Source: an uncultured delta proteobacterium
GTDB taxonomy: Bacteria; Myxococcota; Myxococcia; Myxococcales; Myxococcaceae
Direction of reading: 5' to 3'
Assembly: GCA_963771175.1 (NCBI GenBank)
Contig: CAVYSY010000026.1
Span: forward strand, 608,001-672,000
DNA: 64,000 bases
Positions 52,409 to 64,000 of the stretch are shown one piece after another. Positions within the stretch are counted from its first letter, which is position 1. Each line of letters begins with the position of its first letter. The position numbers and the translations under genes are program-made. The notes under the pieces were generated by a model. It saw only the letters and a list, made by a program, of their open reading frames with translations. It did no database searches and was not told where the DNA came from.

Positions 52409-55400
52409 CTACTCTCCGAGCTGGCCGTACTCGTCGCTGCCCCACGCCTGGAGCGTGCCGTCCTGGCCCAGCACCACGGTGTACGCGTAGCCCGCGGAGA
52501 TGGCCTCGAGGTCCGAGACACCCGTCACCGGCGCCGGGACGAGCTCCCCCGTCAGGGCCATGCCACTCCCGAGCTGCCCGGAGCCGTTGCCACCCCAGGA
52601 CCAGAGGGTGCCATCGGAGCGCCGGGCCACCGAGTGCACATCGCCGGTCGCGATGGACGTGACACCGGAGAGCCCCTGAGCCTGCACCGGGGTGGTGCGC
52701 GAGGTGGTGGTGCCATCCCCGAGCTGGCCCTGGCTGTTGTCGCCCCACGCCCACACCGTCCCATCGGACTTCAGCGCCAGCGAGTGGTCGCTACTGGTGG
52801 CAACGGCCTGGATGCCCGACAACCCCTGCACCTGCACCGGGGTGGTGCGCGAGGTGGTGGTGCCATCCCCGAGCTGGCCCTGGCTGTTGTCGCCCCACGC
52901 CCACACCGTCCCGTCGGCGCGCACCGCCAGGGAGTGGCTGGAACCACCCGAGACCCCCACGACATCCAGGACCCCCTGCACGAGCACCGGGGTGGCGCTC
53001 AAGGTGGTGGTGCCATCCCCGAGCTGGCCCTGGGTGTTGTCGCCCCACGCCCACACCGTCCCATCGGCGCGCACGGCCAGGGCATGGGAAGCGCCCGCCG
53101 AGAAGGTCACCACGTTCGAGAGGCCCTGCACCTGGACCGGGGTGGCGCGCGAGGTGGTGGTGCCATCCCCGAGCTGGCCCTGGGTGTTGTCGCCCCACGC
53201 CCACACCGTCCCATCACACCGCAGCGCCAGCGAGTAGGAGGCACCGGCCGCCACCGCCTCGATGCAGGAGAGGCCCGGGACCTGGCCCTGCGTGGCACGG
53301 TCCTGGAAGGTCCCGTCCCCGAGCTGGCCGCTGCTGTTCCGTCCCCAGCTCCAGACGGTGCCGTCGGAGTGCGCGAGCACGGAGTGGTAGTAGCCGGAGG
53401 ACAGGGGCGTGGGGCGCGGGGTGCCTCGCACCGACGTGGGGGAGCTGACCGAGCTGGTGGTGCCATTGCCGAGCTGCCCGGAGGTACCGTCGCCCCACGC
53501 CCACACCGTCCCGTCGGCGCGCCGTGCGAAGGACATGCGGGAGCCGGCCGCGATGAGCTCGACGCCCGAGAAGCTCGGCACCAGCGTCGGAGTGGCCACG
53601 AAGGGAGTGGTGTTGGAGCCAAGGCCGAGCTGCCCCTGGACGTTGCGCCCCCAGACCCAGAGCATGCCGTCGGTGCGTCGGGCCAGCACGTGGTTGGCGC
53701 GGGTGGAGATGGCGCCGACACTCGAGACCGAGGCCTGCATCGGAGTCGCGGACGAGGTGGTGGTGCCATTCCCGAGCTGGCCCTGGCTGTTGTCACCCCA
53801 GGCCCACACCGTGCCGTCGGACTTCAGCGCCAGCGAGAAGTTGGACCCGGCCGCGATGGCCGTGACTCCCGACAGCCCGGACACCGGCGCCGCGGTGGCA
53901 CGCGAGGTATTGGTTCCATCGCCGAGCTGACCGTAGGTGTTGTTGCCCCAAGCCCACACGGTGCCATCGGACTTCAGCGCCAGCGAGTGGTAGGTGCCGG
54001 CGGCCACGGCCACCGCGCCCGTGAGCCCCTGCACCTGGGCCGCGGTGGTCAGCGCGGAGAAAGAGGCTGTTCCGTCGCCAAGCTGACCGTGGTTGTCGAA
54101 CCCCCAGGCCCACACCGTGCCGTCGGACTTCACGGCCAGCGAGTGGTAGTTGCCCGCGGCGAGGGCCGAGATGCTCGTGAGGCCCGACACCTGCACCGGC
54201 GTGGGACGCTGGGTGGTGGTGCCATCCCCGAGCTGGCCGTAATAGTTGTCACCCCAGCCCCACACCGTCTGGTCTGTCTTCAGCGCCAGCGAGTGATAGG
54301 TGCCCCCGACGACGGCCTGGATGGACGACAGCCCCGACACCTGCACCGAGGTGCTGCGCAGCGTGTTGGTGCCATCGCCGAGCTGTCCGTAGGTGTTGTC
54401 CCCCCAGGTCCACACCGTGCCGTCCTGGCGCACGGCGAGACCATGCGTGTCTCCGGCGGCGAGCAGCCCGATGGAGGTGGGGACCTGCACCTGTCCGGGG
54501 ATGGCGCGGAAGCTCGCGCTGCCGTTGCCGAGCTGGCCGCTGTTGTTGAAGCCCCAGCCCCAGGCGGAACCGTCGCTGCGCCCCGCCAGGGAGAAGGAGT
54601 TGCCGCAGGCAATGGCCTGCACATCCGACAGCCCCGCCACCAGCACGGGGGTGCGCTGCGGGTTGGAGCCCGACTGACTCACCTGGCTGTAGGTGTTGTC
54701 GCCCCAGGCCCACACCGAGCCATCGATGTGCCGGGCCACGACGTGGTGGGTACCGCTCGCGACGGCCACGACTCCCGAGAGCGTGAAGTCGAGGGTGGAC
54801 ACCTGCACCGGAGTGAGGGACGAGGCGGTGCTCCCATTCCCGAGCTGGCCGTAGGTGTTGTCACCCCAGGCCCACATCGGTACCGTTCTCGCGGTGCACC
54901 GCCACGCTGTGGGAGCCGCCGCCAGCGATGGCCTTCATGGGCGGGAGGCCGGACAGCATCACTGGGACGATGCGCATGCTGACGGTGCCGTCACCGAGCT
55001 GACCAGCGCCGTTGTTGCCCCAGACCCACACGGAGCCGTCGGAGCCCAGGGCCAGGGAGTGGTAGTCCCCGGCGGCGATGGCCGAGACGTTCGAGAGCCC
55101 CTGCACCTGGACCGCGGTGGAGCGCGAGGTATTGGTTCCATCACCGAGCTGACCGAAGCCGTTCCCACCCCAGGCCCACACGGTGCCGTCGGACTTCAGC
55201 GCCAGCGAGTGGATGCTGCCGAGCGGCGATGGCCGCCACGTCCGTGAGCCCCGACACCTGGACCGGCAGTCAGACGTTGGGTGGTGGTACCCTCCCCCAA
55301 CTGGCCGTCCCCGTTCCCACCCCAGCTCCACACCGTGCCGTCGGACTTCAGCGACAGCGAGTGGTTGTTGCCGGCGGCCACGGCCGTCATGTCCGTGAGT

Positions 55401-55687
55401 CCCACCACCTGGGTCGGGCTGAGACGCTGCACGTTGGTGCCATCACCGAGCTGACCACTGGTGTTGGTCCCCCAGCTCCACACGGAGCCGGTCGGCGTCG
55501 CGTACAGCGAGTGCCCCAGTCCACCGGCCAGGCGATACGGCCGGCCCTGGATGATGACGAGCGAGGAGTTTCGCCGGGCCACCGCCAGCGAGTCACCGGT
55601 TCCACCTCCGTCACACCCGGTGACCAGCGCGGCTACGAGCCACAGGAGCGACAACAGACAGCTCCTCGATACGGTACTCCTCATCAT
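52409..55687 (-). CDS. Large RCC1-repeat lipoprotein (about 20 repeats; frameshifts near 54880 and 55220-55330)
   Basis: Lipobox VTGC; repeated HSLALKSDGTVWAWG.N..GQLGDGT. Confidence 0.88.
52681..53215. repeat. Near-identical 150-bp tandem coding repeats within the RCC1 gene
   Basis: TGCCATCCCCGAGCTGGCCCTGG at 52711, 52861, 53011 and 53161. Confidence 0.9.
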
Positions 55688-55988
55688 ACGTTCCTCTCGT
55701 TCGTGCCTCGTGAACGACGGAAAACGAGGCCAGGGTTGCAATGTGCAGCGGCGTCCCCCCCACGCATCACGGGCTGTCATTCCCAGCCCGCGTCCTGACC
55801 TCGCCGGTCAATCGATGAGCACTTCACATATGCGGTCATGCGCGAATTATGCGCAACTGGGTGACATTCGACTCCGGGCGCCAGGGATGACCCTGGAGGT
55901 ACACGCCGGGTCATCGCCAAGGCGCGTCACGCTCGGCCGGTAGGATGTGGGTGCACAACTCCCCGAGTGTTACTAGGTTGACGGGGAA

Positions 55989-56366
55989 ATGAACGTCGAC
56001 CCCTCTCGCCGTCAGGCCGCATTGGATGCCCTCGCCCTGGATGACGAGGCCCTGCTGAAGGCCTGCGAGGTGGAGTTCTTCATCGCCTCCGGCCCGGGAG
56101 GGCAGCACCGCAACACCACGGCCAGCGGCGTGCGGCTGAGCCACCCGCCCACCGGGCTGTCCGTCACCGGCACCGAGCGCCGCAGCCAGGTGCAGAACAA
56201 GAGCGTCGCCCTGGAGCGCCTGCGCGAGGGCCTCAAGCTCCTCACCTTCGTGCCCAAGAAGCGCCACAAGACGAAGCCCACCAAGGGCTCCCAGCGGCGC
56301 CGTCTGGATACCAAGAAACGAGAAGGTGAGAAGAAGGCCCAGCGCAGCAAGAAGGGTCTGTGGTGA
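55989..56366 (+). CDS. Stop-codon-independent peptidyl-tRNA hydrolase (ArfB/C12orf65-like release factor homologue)
   Basis: ASGPGGQHRN, RSQVQN and basic tail KTKPTKGSQRRRLDTKK. Confidence 0.88.
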   Translation: MNVDPSRRQAALDALALDDEALLKACEVEFFIASGPGGQHRNTTASGVRLSHPPTGLSVTGTERRSQVQNKSVALERLREGLKLLTFVPKKRHKTKPTKGSQRRRLDTKKREGEKKAQRSKKGLW

Positions 56367-56377
56367 AGGAGCTCCCC

Positions 56378-56800
56378 ATGCCCACATTGGAAGACGCCAT
56401 CGCCCTGGCCGTGGAGGCCCACCGGGGTCAGCGGGACAAGGCTGGACAAACCTATATCCTCCATCCCCTCCGGGTGATGATGCGCCTGGAGGGCGAGGCG
56501 GAGCGGATGGTGGCCGTGCTGCACGACGTGGTGGAGGACTCGCCCTACACCCTGGAGCGGCTGCGGGAGCTCGGCTACCCGGAGGAGGTGCTGGGCGCGC
56601 TGGAGCACCTCACGAAGCGCGAGGGCGAGACGTACGAGGCCTTCATCGAGCGCGTCCTCCCCCACCCCCTGGCCCGCCGGGTGAAGCTGGCGGACCTGGA
56701 GGACAACATGGACGTGCGGCGGCTGCCGGCCGTCACGGCGAAGGACGCCGAGCGGCTGGCACGCTACCGGGCGGCGTGGGCCCGGTTGAAGCAGGCGTAA
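56378..56800 (+). CDS. HD-domain protein, small alarmone hydrolase (Mesh1/SpoT-HD)-like
   Basis: AHRGQRDKAG..YILHP, VLHDVVED, VKLADLEDN. Confidence 0.82.
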   Translation: MPTLEDAIALAVEAHRGQRDKAGQTYILHPLRVMMRLEGEAERMVAVLHDVVEDSPYTLERLRELGYPEEVLGALEHLTKREGETYEAFIERVLPHPLARRVKLADLEDNMDVRRLPAVTAKDAERLARYRAAWARLKQA

Positions 56801-56823
56801 GGCCACCGACACCTTCCCAACCC

Positions 56824-56868
56824 GAAAACAAACGGCCCGGCGCGCCGCGAAGGGGCACACCGGGCCGT
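56824..56868 (-). terminator. Rho-independent terminator of acnA
   Basis: - strand ACGGCCCGG...CCGGGCCGT followed by TTGTTTTC. Confidence 0.7.
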
Positions 56869-56929
56869 CAGGGGAATCCACCAACACGCCGGAGCGAGGG
56901 GAAGAGCCTCACCCCGGCGGCCTCGGTGA

Positions 56930-59660
<2,731 letters not shown>

Positions 59661-59902
59661 TGTGAGTGCCGTCCTTCCTTACCGTCCGCTTGATGCGGCG
59701 TCTTCTAGGCCCGCCGACAGCGGCTTGCAAAGGGTTCCTGCGGGGGGGTTCCAGAGGCGGACGGTTGGGGGAACTTCACCGACCGTACGGGTCGCTCGCC
59801 GCACCTACATGGTCCGGGGCTGCGCCTCACGGCCTCGCCGGTCTATGCTCCCCGGCCCGAACCCCAGGAGACCCGCATCCACTTCCGAGCCCTCGAGGGG
59901 CC

Positions 59903-60526
59903 ATGAGCGAGAGCACTGAGCCAGAAGCGGGCGGAGCAGTGCCGCCCGAATGGAAGCAGGAGCTGGAACAACGACTCGCCCTGGCGACCCCGGGCGACGC
60001 CGTGCGCGGGCTGTTCTTCAACAGCATGCTCGAGCTGGTGCGGACGCTCGGTGACGAAGCGGCCATGGAGCGCTGCCTGGAGGCGAGCGGCGAGCGGCGC
60101 TTCTTCGACTTCTTCAACTACCCCGTCAGCGCGCTCCTCCGGCTGACCTACACCGCGGGGCATGAACTGAGCGCCCGGTACGGCGGCTTCGATGGAGCGC
60201 TGCGCCGGATGGGGAATCAGGCGATGACGGACTTCTTCGCTTCCGCCATGGGCAAGACGCTGAGGCACCTGTCGGGCCAGGATGTGCGGGCCCTGGTGAG
60301 CAGCATGCAGACCATCTACCGGATGACGATGAGCTACGGGGAGCGCCGGGTGGTGTGGGAGACCCCCACGAGGGGCCGGCTCATCCTCCAGCGCAACTTC
60401 ATCCCCTTCGCGTACCACGAGGGGGGACTGCGGACCACGCTCGACCTGGTGGGGGCCCGGATGGTGAGGGTGGTCGGGCGACAGACGGGGCCACTCGACA
60501 GCGAGTACGAGTTCTCCTGGGAGTGA
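59903..60526 (+). CDS. DUF2378 (TIGR02265) family protein
   Basis: RGLFF, FFNYPV, SYGER, C-terminal EYEFSWE. Confidence 0.8.
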   Translation: MSESTEPEAGGAVPPEWKQELEQRLALATPGDAVRGLFFNSMLELVRTLGDEAAMERCLEASGERRFFDFFNYPVSALLRLTYTAGHELSARYGGFDGALRRMGNQAMTDFFASAMGKTLRHLSGQDVRALVSSMQTIYRMTMSYGERRVVWETPTRGRLILQRNFIPFAYHEGGLRTTLDLVGARMVRVVGRQTGPLDSEYEFSWE

Positions 60527-60547
60527 CCCCGCCCGGCTCCGTGAGAC

Positions 60548-62503
60548 TCAGCGCGCCCGAGCGGTCTCGCGCAGCTCGAGCTGGAGGATCTCCTCCACCA
60601 CCTGCGGCTCGGCCAGCGTGGTGGTGTCTCCGAGGCTGTCCGTCTGGCCCTCGGCCACCTTGCGCAGGATGCGGCGCATGATCTTCCCCGAGCGCGTCTT
60701 CGGTAGGCCGCTCACCACCCGGATGCGGTCCGGCGTCGCCAGCGGGCCGATGATGCGCCTCACCTGCTCCTTGAGCGCGCCCACGAGCTGCTCCGAGCTC
60801 CTGGTCCTGCCCCATGGGCTTCACCGTCACATACGCGCAGATACCCGTGCCCTTGATGTCGTGCGGGAAGCCCACCACCGCCGCCTCGGCCACTGCCTCG
60901 TGCGCCACCAGCGCGCTCTCGATCTCCGCCGTGCCCAGCCGGTGTCCGGAGACGTTGAGCACGTCGTCCACGCGGCCGGTAATCCAGTAGTAGCCGTCCT
61001 CGTCGCGGCGGCAGCCGTCACCCGTGAAGTACATGCCGGGGTACGCCGAGAAGTACGTCTCGCGGAAGCGCCGGTGGTCTCCCCAGATGGTGCGCGCCTG
61101 ACCCGGCCAGGGGCGCTTGAGGCACAGGTTGCCCGAGACGCCGTTGCCCTCGATGACGTTCCCCTTCTCGTCCACCAGCACCGGCTCGATGCCGAAGAAC
61201 GGCAGGGTGGCGCTGCCCGGCTTGGTGGGCGTGGCGCCCGGGAGCGGGGTGATGAGGATGCCGCCCGTCTCCGTCTGCCACCACGTGTCCACCACGTCGC
61301 AGCGGCCCTCGCCCACCACGTCGTGGTACCAGCGCCACACCTCGGGGTTGATGGGCTCGCCCACGCTGCCCGAGGATGCGCAGGCTCTTGCGCGAGGACT
61401 TCTTCACCCACTCGTCTCCCTCGCGGATGAGCGCGCGCAGCGCCGTGGGCGACGTGTAGAGGATGGTCGCCTGCAGGTCGTCCACCACCTGCCACATCCG
61501 TCCCGGGTCCGGGTACATCGGCGTGGACTCGAAGATGACCGTCGTCACGCCATTCACGAGCGGGCCGTAGAGCAGATAGCTGTGGCCCGTGATCCAGCCC
61601 ACGTCCGCGGTGCAGAAGAAGACGTCGTCCGGGCGGAGGTCGAAGACGTACTCGTGCGTCATCGCCGCGTAGACGAGGTAGCCCGCCGTGGTGTGCAGCA
61701 CGCCCTTGGGCTTCCCGGTGCTGCCCGAGGTGTAGAGGATGAAGAGCGGATCCTCGCTGGACATCCACTCCACCGGGCAGGTGGAGCGGTGCTTCTGCAT
61801 CTCGTCCTCGAGGAACAGGTCGCGGCCGGCCTTCATCGGGACGGTCGTCTCGGTGCGCCGGCTGACGAGCACGGTCTGCACCTGGGTGAGACCCTCGAGC
61901 GCCTGGTCCACGATCGACTTGAGGTGCACGGCCTTGGGTCCGCGCGGCGCCTCGTTGGCGGTGACGACGACCTGCGCGCTCCCGAGTCGAGGATGCGATC
62001 TCGCAGGGACTCGGCGGAGAAGCCGGCGAACACCACCGAGTGCACCGCGCCGATGCGCGCGCACGCCGAGCATGGTGTAGGCCACCGCGGGCGTCATCGG
62101 CATGTAGATGCAGACGCGGTCCCCCTTCTGCACGCCGTGCGCCTTGAGCACGTTGGCCATGCGCGCCACCTGGTGCTTGAGCTCGCGGTAGGTGATCCGC
62201 TCGTACTGCCCCGGCTCGTTGCCCGCCCAGACGATGGCCACCTTGTCCGGGTGCGTTTGCAGGTGCCGGTCCACCGCGTTGTGGCAGGCGTTGAGCCGGC
62301 CACCGCCGTACCAGGAGAAGTCCACCTCCTGCATGTCCACGTCGAGCACGTTGCGTCGGCGGGTGGAACCAGTCGAGCCGCTTCGCCTGCTCGCCCCAGA
62401 AGCCGGTAGGGTCCTCCAGGCTCTGACGATAGAGGCGGCGGTACTCCTCGAGGCTCTTCACGCGGGCGCGCGCGGTGATGGACTCCTTCGGCGCAAGAAG
62501 CAT
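60548..62503 (-). CDS. acs: Acetate--CoA ligase (several frameshifts)
   Basis: [44 protein letters not shown]. Confidence 0.94.
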
Positions 62504-62548
62504 GGACTCTCCCCCAGAGGTCGGGATGGGTTGGATGGAGTCCCCCAA

Positions 62549-62564
62549 CGCAAGCGACATGCCT
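62549..62564 (-). promoter_or_regulatory. Possible sigma54 promoter of acs
   Basis: - strand AGGCATGTCGCTTGCG has GG-N10-GC spacing with TTGC. Confidence 0.45.
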
Positions 62565-62694
62565 CTGTGAAAACCCCGTGCTTCCGGTAGGTTGCGTGCT
62601 GGACGCACCGCGTCGAGACGTCACGCGCGGAAACGAGGCGTTACCTTCCGTAACATGGCCGAGACATGACGCACCGTTCCGAGCGAGCCCTTCC

Positions 62695-64000
62695 ATGAAG
62701 CCCTTCCTCCGCGTCTACGCCCTTCGGCTGCGCAACGGCTGGAAGTTCATGCTGCTGGTGACGGCGCTCGCCACCGTGGGCGCCGCGCTCTGCCAGAAGT
62801 ACGACCTGTTGCAGATGGGCGATGCCGAGCGCGCCGCCTATGACCAGGGCCTCACCTTCTTCACCCAGGGACACCCGCGCTCCCAGGACGTCGTCATCGT
62901 CGGCATCGACGACAAGACGCTGCAGGGCATCCGGGACAACGAGCGGTACGTCCGCAACTACGGCGTCTATCCCTACTCGCGCAACCTGTGGGCGCGCGTC
63001 TTCGAGCACCTCGTGGACGAGGGTGCACGCGCCATCGTCTTCGACGCCGTGATGGACGAGCGGGGCACCGACGAGAGCAATGACCTCGCCCTGGCGCAGG
63101 TGCTGGAGGAGCGCGGCATCCCCCTCACGCTCGGCTTCAGCATCAACGCGGGCCAGCCCGCCCTCCCCCGGGTGGAGCCGCTCAACCGTTTCCCCCACCG
63201 GCCCGCACCGGACGTCCAACCCGCCCGCGCCGCCGAAGAGGACTTCGTCGAGGCGGTGCCCGCGGGTGGCGCGCCCGGGGAGGACTTCGTCGAGACGGAG
63301 GGGCCTCCGCCCCTGAAGCCGGAGGAGGTGGCTCGGGCACTCGCCCTGCCCGTGCACCACCCCGGCCTCGTCCTGCCCTCGCTGGAGCAGCGGTCGAGCG
63401 AGGGGGCACGGCTCATGCGCCACCCGGTGCCGCCCCTGCCGGACCTGGTGCGCACCGTGCCCGGCTTCGGGCTCGTCCTGCTGGAGCAGGACGAGGACGG
63501 GCGCCTGCGCCGCACCCGCTTCGCGTACTCGGACGGCGCCAACACCTACGCCACGCTGTCCCTGGCCGCGGCGGCGGACATCCTCGGCGCCGAGCGCGTC
63601 GAGCTGGCGCCGGGCAAGCTGAAGCTCGGCTCCCGCGAGCTGCCCATCAACCCGGACGGCAGCGCCGAGCTCGACTTCGGCGGCGCATGGAAGGACCGCT
63701 TCGAGGCGCTCAGCGTGTACGCGGTGCTGGAGGACTGGGTGCGCCGAGAGGAGCACCGGACGAAGGGCACGCCCTACACGCCCGTCCTCCCCGAGGGCAC
63801 CTTCCGCGACAAGGTGGTGCTGGTGGGCGGACTGGCGTGGGCACCAGCGACGTGAAGGCCACGCCCTTCCAGAGTGAGTCCCCCGGCCTCGTGAAGCACG
63901 CGGTGATGCTGGAGGCGCTCCTGTCCGGCGGCTTCATCACCGAGGCGCCCTTCTGCGGTCTCCCTGCTGCTCACCTTCTTCGTGGCGCTCTTCTCCGCGA
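62695..64000 (+). CDS. CHASE2-domain membrane sensor (possibly an adenylate/guanylate cyclase), 5' part; frameshift near 63840
   Basis: VVIVGIDD, YPYSR, GARAIVFD, DEDGRLRR, FRDKVVLVG; output domain lies outside the window. Confidence 0.8.

Noticed and set aside
52681..53215. Regularly spaced repeats as a CRISPR array
   Set aside because: The 150-bp period is in frame and encodes RCC1 repeats; there are no unique spacers or cas genes
63238..63294. 15-bp direct repeat GAGGACTTCGTCGAG (EDFVE twice)
   Set aside because: It is a small duplication in a low-complexity loop of the CHASE2 domain with no evidence of function

Overview
This is a GC-rich window from a myxobacterium. The family repertoire (DUF2381, DUF2378, DUF5953/DUF6310, TIGR02269 plus double-CXXCG, Rpn) points to a Cystobacter/Archangium-like organism, which is an inference. 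The core genes are recA (with a Myxococcus-type LexA box), an ECF sigma/anti-sigma operon, cobalamin-riboswitch-controlled class Ia nrdAB, glmU-glmS, ggt, purU, acnA and acs. Many of them carry single-base frameshifts in patches, most likely unpolished long-read errors, so their coordinates are approximate. Two accessory zones stand out. The first (about 11.85-15.8 kb) is a lower-GC islet with two genes the ORF track breaks up (a UDG-superfamily-like fragment and an unknown ~250-aa protein), an HNH endonuclease and an Rpn nuclease. The second (about 37.2-48.9 kb) is a polymorphic-toxin hotspot. It holds a tandem ~2.1-kb cassette of DUF2381 tail, DUF5953 immunity and DUF6310 nuclease lipoprotein with constant arms and a variable core. 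It also holds a SitA6/SitI6-type pair, a patatin lipoprotein, IS remnants and a kinase-less kinase-tail gene with an apparent internal lipoprotein start. No rRNA, tRNA or CRISPR array was found. All family assignments come from motif recognition by eye and no searches were run.
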